Positions 1-7,354 of a stretch of DNA of 61,905 nt are shown here, one piece after another. The stretch lies in the NCBI GenBank assembly GCA_964481735.1, contig CAYZWR010000005.1, positions 1 through 61,905 on the forward strand, read 5' to 3'. How positions within the stretch are numbered: the stretch's first letter is position 1; every line of letters begins with the position of its first letter. Below the pieces are notes generated by a model. The model worked only from the letters and a program-made list of their open reading frames with translations, had not been told where the DNA came from and did not search any database. This DNA is from an uncultured Thermoanaerobaculia bacterium. Lineage in GTDB: Bacteria; Acidobacteriota; Thermoanaerobaculia; Multivoradales; JAGPDF01. The position numbers and the translations under genes are program-made.

Positions 1-426
1 CTCCCGCGCCCGCGGCCGTCGGGGGAAGGCTCCGTCGCGCTCGGGCTCGCAACGCCTTGCGAGGCGCCTCGCGTCTCCTCCGCCTTCCCCCGACGGCCTC
101 TCCGCCAAAACGAAGCCAAGGGTGGGTGAAGCGGGTGACTCCAGGGTGGGGGCACGGCCGGTCGGATCTCCCTGCAGAGGGGCCTCTGAGGCCGAGCACA
201 GGAAAGACCCGGCCTACGACAGCGATTGGCGAGGCCGAAGCCGGAGGCGGGCGCCCGGTGCCGGCTTACGACAGGCGCCCGCCGGTCCCGGCGCGGGGAG
301 ATCCGATCGGCCGGGGGGGAGCGAGGGCTACCGAGAAACTGAGTCCCGGTGGGGAAATCGGACCGGCCGCGGGGGAACGCAGGAAGCTGAACCGATGTTC
401 GCTCGGACAAAAGTAAGATCCCCCCA
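1..426 (+). other. Non-coding, highly self-complementary GC-rich segment upstream of tRNA-Leu; candidate structured RNA of unknown class, or a palindromic repeat element
   Basis: Perfect 17-bp inverted repeat 14-30/82-98. 18-bp long-range helix 155-172/296-313 containing one G-T (G:U) pair that only pairs on the + strand. 10-bp helix 246-255/274-283. Small hairpins 175-179/184-188 and 189-194/210-215. Direct repeat CCGGCYTACGACAG at 209-222 and 261-274. The frames I translated give Arg/Pro/Gly-rich, non-protein-like sequences. Confidence 0.35.
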
Positions 427-512
427 GCCGGAGTGGCGGAACGGTAGACGCAGGGGACTTAAAATCCCCCGCTCGCGAGAGCTTGCAGGTTCGAGTCCTG
501 CCTCCGGCACCA
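427..512 (+). tRNA. tRNA-Leu (anticodon UAA), type II tRNA with long variable arm; CCA encoded
   Basis: 7-bp acceptor stem GCCGGAG/CTCCGGC (427-433/502-508). Anticodon stem GGGGA/TCCCC with loop CTTAAAA (anticodon TAA). T arm GCAGG-TTCGAGT-CCTGC. Discriminator A509, then CCA 510-512. Confidence 0.9.
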
Positions 513-694
513 GCGGAATCCCGACGACAGTGCGAGGGGAGCTCGACGAGACCGGCGGCTCCGAGGCGCGGCGGCTGGCTCGCGCGCTGCGCGGCGGGCG
601 CCGCGGGTTCTGTTAAACTGTCGTTCAGAACGGCAGCACAGGATCGAATTCAGGCCTAGCCCAGTCTTCCGCGGGGGAACGGAAGAGGAGGATA

Positions 695-1831
695 GTGCTT
701 CCATTCGTCGTCGAGCGGTTCCAGAGGTCCGGGTTCTGCGGGTCCATCGCCACGCTTGGCGGACTGTTGCTCGGACTTTGCGTCGCGCCTGCTCCGGCGG
801 ATCCCGGGACGCTCGCGGCGGCGCCGGCCTCTCTCGCGGAGACCGGGCTCTACGCCGATTTCTCCTCCCGGACTCTCGCGGCGGGCGTCGAGCCGTTCGC
901 GCCACAGTACCCGCTGTGGTCCGACGGAGCGACCAAGCGGCGCTGGATCCTGCTGCCCGCGGGCACCGCCATCGATGGCTCCGATCCAGAGGCCTGGGTC
1001 TTTCCGGTCGGCACGCGGATCTGGAAGGAGTTCGCCTTCGATCGCCGGATCGAGACGCGGTACATGGAGCGCACCGCGAGCGGCGCGTGGCTGTACGCGA
1101 CCTACCGTTGGAACGAGGCGGAGACCGAAGCGCGACTCGCCCCGGTGCGCGGCGTCAAGCGCGCCGCGGAGAGCCGGCCGGGCGTTCCCTACGCCCTGCC
1201 GAGCGTCGCCGACTGCCGCGCCTGCCACGAGAGCGCCGGCTCGCCCGTGCTCGGCTTCTCGGCGCTGCAGCTCTCGAGCGATCGTGACCCGATGGCGCCG
1301 CACGCGACGCTCCCCGAGCCCGGGTCGCTCGATCTCGCCGGCTTGCTTCGTCGTGGGCTCGTCGTGGGCCTACCGGAGAGCATCGCCGCGCATGCCCCGA
1401 GAGTCCGCGCGGCGACCGCCACGGCCCGGGCTGCGCTCGGCTATCTGCACGGCAACTGCGCCCACTGCCACAATCCGCGGAGCCCGATCGCTAACCTCGG
1501 CCTCTTCCTCGACGTCAAGCTCGACGGCACTTGCGAGGCGCTCGGCAGCGCCGTGGGCCACGAGAGCCAGTACCGGCCCACCGGGACCGCGATCGAGTCG
1601 CGGATCGTCCCCGGGAACCCCGCGGCGAGTCTCCTGATCGCGCGCGTCGCGAGCCGCGAGCCGCCGCGCCAGATGCCACCGCTGGGAACCCGTCTCGTCG
1701 ACGAGGAGGCGCTCGCCCTCCTGACGCGCTGGGTTGCCGAGGAGCTCGCGCCCCAGCCCGTCGTGCCCGACGGTTCCACCGCCACTTCCCTCGCTCCGGA
1801 GAGCGAGGTTGTCCAGGAGATCCACCCATGA
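695..1831 (+). CDS. Secreted c-type cytochrome domain protein with two CxxCH motifs; C-terminal PSCyt1-like domain
   Basis: 378-aa ORF with GTG start 4 nt after GAGGAG. Heme motifs CRACH and CAHCH. C-terminal pattern IVPGNPAASLLIARV...QMPPLG...LLTRWV resembles planctomycete-type cytochrome c domains. Its stop overlaps the next ATG (ATGA). Confidence 0.7.
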   Translation: MLPFVVERFQRSGFCGSIATLGGLLLGLCVAPAPADPGTLAAAPASLAETGLYADFSSRTLAAGVEPFAPQYPLWSDGATKRRWILLPAGTAIDGSDPEAWVFPVGTRIWKEFAFDRRIETRYMERTASGAWLYATYRWNEAETEARLAPVRGVKRAAESRPGVPYALPSVADCRACHESAGSPVLGFSALQLSSDRDPMAPHATLPEPGSLDLAGLLRRGLVVGLPESIAAHAPRVRAATATARAALGYLHGNCAHCHNPRSPIANLGLFLDVKLDGTCEALGSAVGHESQYRPTGTAIESRIVPGNPAASLLIARVASREPPRQMPPLGTRLVDEEALALLTRWVAEELAPQPVVPDGSTATSLAPESEVVQEIHP

Positions 1832-2430
1832 CTCGGCACCGAAACCGCAGCGCCCTCGCCCTGTTCGCCCTCGCCTTCGCGCTCGCCATCCATGCCGCAG
1901 GCGCGGCGGGAGCCGGCGCCGGCGAGGCCGCCCCGGCGAAGGTCGACCCGGCCAAGATCGAGCGCGGCCGCTACCTCGTCACCTTCGGCGGCTGCAACGA
2001 CTGTCACACGCCATGGAAGATGGGCGAGAACGGGCCCGAGCCCGACATGACCCGCATGCTCTCCGGCCATCCGCAGGATCTAGTGATGCCGCCGCCACCC
2101 GTTCTCACCCCCGGCCTCTGGGAGAGCGCTTCGTCGGCGACCGTCACCGCTTGGGCAGGCCCCTGGGGCCTCAGCTACACCCGCAACCTCACCCCCGACC
2201 CGGCGACCGGGCTCGGGACCTGGACCGAGAAGGAGTTCATCGCCACGCTGCGCAACGGCCGCGAGCGCGGCATCGGTCGCGAGATCCTGCCGCCGATGCC
2301 CTGGCCCACCATCGGCCAGGCGACCGACGAGGATCTCGGCGCGATCTTCGCGTATCTGCGCTCGATCCCCGCGGTCTCCAACCGGGTTCCCGACAACGTG
2401 CCCCCGACACCACCGCCCGGCAAGCCGTGA
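1828..2430 (+). CDS. Monoheme c-type cytochrome with signal peptide
   Basis: Internal ATG of ORF 1531-2430, chosen because it overlaps the upstream stop (ATGA). Signal peptide MTRHRNRSALALFALAFALAIHA. Heme motif CNDCH. PPMPW and IFAYLRSIP are typical of class I cytochrome c. Confidence 0.75.
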   Translation: MTRHRNRSALALFALAFALAIHAAGAAGAGAGEAAPAKVDPAKIERGRYLVTFGGCNDCHTPWKMGENGPEPDMTRMLSGHPQDLVMPPPPVLTPGLWESASSATVTAWAGPWGLSYTRNLTPDPATGLGTWTEKEFIATLRNGRERGIGREILPPMPWPTIGQATDEDLGAIFAYLRSIPAVSNRVPDNVPPTPPPGKP

Positions 2431-2495
2431 GTTGACCGTCGTCGGTTGCCCGGCGCGGCTTCCGCGGGGTCCGCGCAGTAGGGCAAGATCCAGCG

Positions 2496-4520
2496 GTGCG
2501 ACGGCGAGTGGAGAAGGCACGAGCGGACCGGCGACGACTCGCCGGCGAGAAGTCGACTCAGCAGGCGGCCGGCGGATCGGCACCCTCTTCGCCGGTCGCG
2601 CTCTGGAGAGACGCGGCGATCGTCTTCGCTCTCGCGCTCGCGGTGCGCCTGTTGCACCTCTGGCAGCTCCGACGGGCGCCGTTCTTCACGCTGTTGGTCG
2701 GCGACGCGCGGGCCTACGACGCCTGGGCGCGGCGCCTCGCGGCCGGCGACTGGCTGGGCGGCGAGGTCTTCTACCAGGCGCCGCTCTATCCCTACCTGCT
2801 GGGCGCCTGGTACGCGTTGGTCGGCCCGGGCACGTTGGGGGTGCGACTCCTGCAAGCCCTGTTGGGCGCTCTCGCCTGCGCCTTGGTCACGCTGGCCGCT
2901 GGCCGGCTTTTCGGAGCGGCTGCGGGACTCGCTGCCGGGCTCCTGGTCGCGTTCCACGCCCCGGCGATCTTCTTCGATGCGCTGCTGCAGAAGGCGGCGC
3001 TCGACGTCCTCCTGGTCGCTCTCCTCCTGCTGCTGGTGGCCCTGCTGATCGAACGCGTCGGCGCCGCGCGGAGTTTCTGGACGGGCGCGGCGCTGGGACT
3101 GCTCGTGCTGAGCCGCGAGAACGCTCTGGTCCTCCTGCCCGTGCTCCTGATCTGGCTCCTGTGGCGCAGCGGGCGCGCGCTCGCACCCGCGCTCCTCTGC
3201 ACCGCCGGCGTCGCCGCCGTGCTCGCTCCGGTCGCGCTGCGCAATCAGCGGGTCGGTGGCGAGCTCCAGGTCACCACCTCGCAACTCGGCCCCAACCTCT
3301 ATATCGGCAACCACGAAGGCGCGACCGGCAGCTACGTCCCGCTGCGCCCGGGTCGGGGCGATGCCAGCTTCGAGCGGACGGACGCGGTCGAGCTCGCCGA
3401 GGCGGCGGCCGGGCGGAAGCTCTCGCCCGGTGAAGTGTCGCGCTACTGGGGCCAGCGCGCCCTGGTCTGGGTCGCGGAGCACCCGGGCGCCTGGATGAGG
3501 CTGCTGGGCCGGAAGCTCCGGCTCGCCTGGAACGCCGGCGAAGCGATGGACACCGAGGACCTCGCCAGCCACGCCGAGTGGTCGCTGGCGCTGCGATGGC
3601 TCGCGCCGATCTCGCACTTCGGCGTGTTGGCACCGCTCGCCCTGCTCGGTGTCTGGTGGTCGCGCGGGCGCTGGCGCGAGCTCGGGGTGCTGTACGCCGC
3701 GATCGTGGCCTACACGGCGAGCCTGGTGGCGTTCTACGTCGTGGCCCGCTATCGCTATCCCCTGGTGCCGATGCTGGCTCCGTTCGCGGGCCTCGCGCTC
3801 GTCGAGCTGCCCGGAAGATGGCGGCGCGGCCCGCGGAGCGAGCGGCTCCGGGCGGTGGCGATCCTCGGCGTGGCGGCCCTGTTCGCCTGCTGGCCGGTCT
3901 TCCCGGAGGCGAGGTTGCGGGCCGTCACCCATCTCAACTACGCGCAGGCCTTCCAGGCCGAGGGCCGGATCGCGCAGGCCGAGGCGGAGTATCGGAGGGT
4001 CCTCGAGCTCGATCCGGCGAACGCGCACGCGCAGACCAACCTCGGCGTCCTCGCCGCGCAGCGGGGCGAACGCGACGCGGCGCTGGCCCACTTCCGGGCC
4101 GCGGTGGCGAGCGCTCCAGGCGTGCTGCGCCACCACTTGAATCTCGGCGTCGAGTTGGTGGTGCAGGGCAGGATCGCCGAAGCCATCGCGAGCTTCGAAC
4201 GGGCGCGCGCGCTCGACCCGCAAGACGCCGGCGTGCGGTTCGACCTCGCCGCGGCGCTGGCCGCCGAGGGCCGCGTCGAGGAGGCAGTGCGGCAGTTCGA
4301 AGAGGTGATCCGGCTGCAGCCGGAGAACGTCCACGCGCTCAACAATCTCGGCATCCTGCTCGCGTCGGCGGGTCGGCCGGCGGAGGCGATCCCGCGCTTC
4401 GAGGCCGCGCTCGGGCTGCAGCCCGACTTCGCCGAAGCGGCTGCCAACCTCGCCCGAGCCCGGGAGCTGGCTTCGTCCGGTCGGCCCCAGGGAGCGCCTG
4501 AGCGCCGCATCTCCGACTAA
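2496..4520 (+). CDS. GT39 (ArnT/PMT-like) membrane glycosyltransferase fused to C-terminal TPR repeats
   Basis: 674-aa ORF. The N-terminal ~450 aa is polytopic membrane protein carrying a GDARAYD..W motif typical of PMT_2/ArnT-like enzymes. The C-terminal ~200 aa consists of repeated TPR units (AEAEYRRVLELDPANAHAQTNLG and similar). Confidence 0.8.
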   Translation: MRRRVEKARADRRRLAGEKSTQQAAGGSAPSSPVALWRDAAIVFALALAVRLLHLWQLRRAPFFTLLVGDARAYDAWARRLAAGDWLGGEVFYQAPLYPYLLGAWYALVGPGTLGVRLLQALLGALACALVTLAAGRLFGAAAGLAAGLLVAFHAPAIFFDALLQKAALDVLLVALLLLLVALLIERVGAARSFWTGAALGLLVLSRENALVLLPVLLIWLLWRSGRALAPALLCTAGVAAVLAPVALRNQRVGGELQVTTSQLGPNLYIGNHEGATGSYVPLRPGRGDASFERTDAVELAEAAAGRKLSPGEVSRYWGQRALVWVAEHPGAWMRLLGRKLRLAWNAGEAMDTEDLASHAEWSLALRWLAPISHFGVLAPLALLGVWWSRGRWRELGVLYAAIVAYTASLVAFYVVARYRYPLVPMLAPFAGLALVELPGRWRRGPRSERLRAVAILGVAALFACWPVFPEARLRAVTHLNYAQAFQAEGRIAQAEAEYRRVLELDPANAHAQTNLGVLAAQRGERDAALAHFRAAVASAPGVLRHHLNLGVELVVQGRIAEAIASFERARALDPQDAGVRFDLAAALAAEGRVEEAVRQFEEVIRLQPENVHALNNLGILLASAGRPAEAIPRFEAALGLQPDFAEAAANLARARELASSGRPQGAPERRISD

Positions 4521-4783
4521 GTATCTTGGAACCAGGAGTTTCCACCCGGTGACTCGGCGCCAGAGCCGATTCTCCGTGGCGACTCCCCCTCCCGCGGGCG
4601 GCCTGCCGGCGGGCGATGGGTTCGGTGCCGCATTCGCCTTGCGTCGACGCTCGATTCCTGGTCTATAGTCCCTGCTTCAGATCTTCGCGAGGCGTGAAAA
4701 CCCCGCGGGCCTCACTATCGGAAAGGTGGGAGTGCCCGCGTTGCAGTTTCGCTCGCTGGTCACCGAACCGGGAGGTTCACGCC

Positions 4784-5923
4784 ATGAGAACTGCAACCGC
4801 CACTCGCATCGCCTTCTTGGTCGCCGCTTCGACTCTGAGTACCGCCGCCTGGGGTGCGCTCGCGGTCACCCCGAAAGGTGCCGGCGGCGTCACCGCCCTG
4901 TCGATGGCGAACGCCCTGCTCAGTGCCTCGTCGGGGATCACCATCAACAGCGCCTCCTACACCGGGGTCGACAACGCCTCGGGTCTCTTCACGGGCGGTA
5001 CCGGGATCATCGGCTTCGAGAGCGGTGTCCTGCTGACCAGCGGCGCCGTCCATCACGTCCTGGGACCGAACGACGACGACGGCGCCGGCGAGGCGAACTT
5101 CTCTCCCGGGGACGCGCAGCTCGAGGACGAGCTGCCGGGCTCGACCTCCTTCGACGCCTCCGTGCTGACGATCAACTTCACGCCCACGGGGGACCAGATC
5201 CGCTTCTCCTACGTCTTCGCCTCGGAGGAGTACAACGAGTACGTGGGCTCGGAGTTCAACGACATCTTCGCCTTCTTCGTCGGGGGGACGAACTACGCGC
5301 TGATCGCCGGCACGAGCACGCCGGTCGCCATCAACAACATCAACTGCGGATACGGATCGGAACCGCCGTCGAACTGCAACCTCTTCGTCGACAACACCGC
5401 CGGTGGCTTGAACACCCAGATGGACGGCCTGACGAAGGTGCTCACCTTCACCGCACCGGTCAATCCCGGAGTGCCGAACACGATTCGCCTGGCCATCGCG
5501 GACATCGCCGACCCGATCCTCGACTCGGCCGTCTTCCTCGCCGCCGGGACGCTCAGCGGGAGCAGCGGCTGCGTTCCGAACGCGACGACGGCCTGTCTGG
5601 GGGGCGGCCGGTTCGAGGTGAGCATCCGCTGGACCAACTACCAGCAGGTCACCAGCGACGCGCTCAGGGCCTCGGCGGGCACGTCCGACTCCCAGATCTT
5701 CTACTTCACCGACCCCAACAACTGGGAGTTCCTGATCAAGATCATCGACGGCTGCTCGCTGAACAGCAGGTACTGGGTCTACTTCGCGGCGGCGACCGAC
5801 GTCGGGTACGTGGTCACGGTGCGCGACACCGGGAGCACGGCGCCGCCCAAGCAGTACACCAATCCGCTGGGACACCCGTCGCCGGCGGTCAACGACAGCA
5901 ACGCCTTCGCCACCTGCCCGTGA
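4784..5923 (+). CDS. Secreted choice-of-anchor L domain protein with an uncharacterised Cys-containing C-terminal domain
   Basis: ATG at 4784, 8 nt after GGAGG (4771-4775). Signal peptide MRTATATRIAFLVAASTLSTAAWG. FASEEYNEYVGSEFNDIFAFFV and IADIADPILDSAVFL match the choice-of-anchor L signature. The upstream 56 codons of ORF 4616-5923 are not protein-like. Confidence 0.75.
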   Translation: MRTATATRIAFLVAASTLSTAAWGALAVTPKGAGGVTALSMANALLSASSGITINSASYTGVDNASGLFTGGTGIIGFESGVLLTSGAVHHVLGPNDDDGAGEANFSPGDAQLEDELPGSTSFDASVLTINFTPTGDQIRFSYVFASEEYNEYVGSEFNDIFAFFVGGTNYALIAGTSTPVAINNINCGYGSEPPSNCNLFVDNTAGGLNTQMDGLTKVLTFTAPVNPGVPNTIRLAIADIADPILDSAVFLAAGTLSGSSGCVPNATTACLGGGRFEVSIRWTNYQQVTSDALRASAGTSDSQIFYFTDPNNWEFLIKIIDGCSLNSRYWVYFAAATDVGYVVTVRDTGSTAPPKQYTNPLGHPSPAVNDSNAFATCP

Positions 5924-5937
5924 GGCCGCTGGACCGA

Positions 5938-5964
5938 GAAGCGGGCGGCGACGCCGCCCGCTTC
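5938..5964 (+). terminator. Candidate intrinsic terminator hairpin after the choice-of-anchor L gene
   Basis: Perfect 12-bp stem GAAGCGGGCGGC/GCCGCCCGCTTC with a 3-nt loop, 15 nt after the stop codon. It is followed only by a weak T tract (GGGTTTC). Confidence 0.45.
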
Positions 5965-5998
5965 CGGCGGGTTTCGCCATAGGATAGTCGGCCTGGCG

Positions 5999-7354
5999 AT
6001 GCTCGAGCTCCTGCAGACCCCCAAGACGCTGCCCCAGAGCGAAGAGTCCGAGCGCGCCGTGCTCGCCGCGGCGCTGCTCGACCCGCGGCTCCTCCCCACG
6101 GTGGCCGGGCGGCTGCGCCCGGAAGACTTCTTCTCCGATCGCCATCGCAGGATCTACGCCGCGATGCTCGAGTTGCAGGACGAGCAGGTGACGATCGATC
6201 TGCGGACGCTGCAGGCCAAGCTCGAGGCGCGCGCGGAGATGGAGAGCGCCGGGGGGCTCTCCTATCTCGCCGGGCTGGACGTCGATCTGCCCGACCTCGG
6301 GCGATTCGAGCACTACGTCGAGATCGTCAAGGAGCGCTCGGTCCGCCGGCGGCTGATCGACGTCTGCCGGGACATCACCCGCGACTGTCTGGACGGCGGG
6401 GTCGACGCGCAGCGTGCGCTCGATCGCGCCGAGCAGGCGGTCATGGCGCTCGGGGAAGAGGCGATCCTGCGCGGCTTCGTGCCCCTCTCCAAGATCGTCG
6501 AAGAGACCCTCGAGATGCTCGAGGAGCACCCGGGCACGGCGCTCATCGGCCTGCCGACCGGATTCATCGACCTCGACCGGATGACCCATGGCCTCGGGCG
6601 GGGCGCGCTGATCATCATCGCCGGACGCCCCGGCATGGGCAAGACGAGCCTGGCGCTCAACGTCGCGGCGCACGTCGCGATTCGCGAGAAGAAGACGGTC
6701 GGGGTGTTCTCGCTCGAGATGGGGCAGCAGGAGCTCGCCCTGCGCATCCTCTGCGCCGAGGCCGACATCCACTTCTCGCGCCTGCGCTCCGGTCACCTCT
6801 CGCAACAGCAGTGGACCAAGGTCATCCAGACCATGTCGCGCATCGGCAAGGCGCCGCTCTACATCGACGACTCGGCCTCGCCGACCCTGCTCGAGGTGGC
6901 GTCGAAGGCGCGGCGCCTGCGCGCCGAGAAACAGCTCGATCTGCTGATCATCGACTATCTGCAGTTGATGCAGGCCGGCGGAAAGTACGAGAACCGCAAC
7001 CTGGAGATCTCGGCGATCACCCGCTCCTGCAAGCAGCTCGCGAAGGAGCTCGAGATCCCGGTCGTGCTGCTCTCGCAGCTCTCGCGCCAGCCCGAGCGGC
7101 GCGGCGCCGACCACCGGCCGCAGCTCGCCGACCTGCGCGAGTCGGGCGCCATCGAGCAGGACGCCGATCTGGTGGCGTTCGTCTATCGCGACGAGATCTA
7201 CAACAAGGACGATCCGGGCAACAAGGGGCTCGCCGAGCTGATCATCGCCAAGCAGCGCAACGGCGAGACCGGCACGGTGCAGCTGGTCTTCGTGGGCGAG
7301 ACGACCCGTTTCCTGAACTACGACCCCACCTACGCCGAGGGCGGCGGTGGCTGA
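5999..7354 (+). CDS. dnaB: Replicative DNA helicase DnaB
   Basis: 451 aa. N-terminal PQSEESERAVLAAALLDP, Walker A GRPGMGKTS, DYLQLM, and RESGAIEQDADLV (RecA-like fold of DnaB). Confidence 0.95.
   Translation: MLELLQTPKTLPQSEESERAVLAAALLDPRLLPTVAGRLRPEDFFSDRHRRIYAAMLELQDEQVTIDLRTLQAKLEARAEMESAGGLSYLAGLDVDLPDLGRFEHYVEIVKERSVRRRLIDVCRDITRDCLDGGVDAQRALDRAEQAVMALGEEAILRGFVPLSKIVEETLEMLEEHPGTALIGLPTGFIDLDRMTHGLGRGALIIIAGRPGMGKTSLALNVAAHVAIREKKTVGVFSLEMGQQELALRILCAEADIHFSRLRSGHLSQQQWTKVIQTMSRIGKAPLYIDDSASPTLLEVASKARRLRAEKQLDLLIIDYLQLMQAGGKYENRNLEISAITRSCKQLAKELEIPVVLLSQLSRQPERRGADHRPQLADLRESGAIEQDADLVAFVYRDEIYNKDDPGNKGLAELIIAKQRNGETGTVQLVFVGETTRFLNYDPTYAEGGGG

Noticed and set aside
198-270. RNase P RNA-like motifs: ACAGGAAAGACCCGGCCTAC resembles the CR-I/CR-V elements, and GCCGGCTTAC could form a P4-like pairing
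   Set aside because: The two strands of the would-be P4 helix are only about 45 nt apart, which leaves no room for the specificity domain or P15-P18. The near-universal GAGGAAAGUCCGGGC and GGUAAGGGUGAAA...GGUAAGAGC elements are absent on both strands. I also found no tmRNA T-arm, SRP GGAA motif or 5S features.
57-616. ORFs 57-416 and 122-616 (+), and 328-510 (-), covering the region around the tRNA
   Set aside because: Their translations are Arg/Pro/Gly-rich with no domain-like segments. They have no SD or promoter context and they run through or opposite the tRNA-Leu gene. At this GC content, stop-free frames of this length are expected by chance.
513-2495. Possibility of a genomic island or prophage integrated at the 3' end of tRNA-Leu
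   Set aside because: There is no integrase, no phage or IS gene, and no direct repeat of the tRNA 3' end that I could spot downstream. The flanking genes (cytochromes, a GT39 enzyme) have the same GC-rich character as the rest of the window.
2175-4334. 719-aa antisense ORF opposite the GT39-TPR gene. The same class includes 4760-7114 (-), 14964-18014 (+), 17789-21871 (+), 22438-25152 (+), 34167-36572 (+), 38380-39963 (-), 40339-42375 (-), 43761-47003 (+), 55140-57320 (-) and 58912-61830 (-)
   Set aside because: Each lies opposite a gene with unmistakable family motifs (DnaB, the kinase, MoaA/MalQ, the molybdoenzyme, Lhr, GH38, the ABC ATPase, GH63). All have Arg/Gly/Pro/Ala-dominated, low-complexity translations, which is typical of shadow ORFs in high-GC DNA.
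4676-4783. c-di-GMP (GEMM-I) or another known riboswitch in the leader of the choice-of-anchor L gene
   Set aside because: The conserved GEMM-I elements (GGCAAACC...GAAAG...ACGCAAAGCC) are not present, and I could not match any other riboswitch consensus. It is kept only as a generic structured-leader observation.
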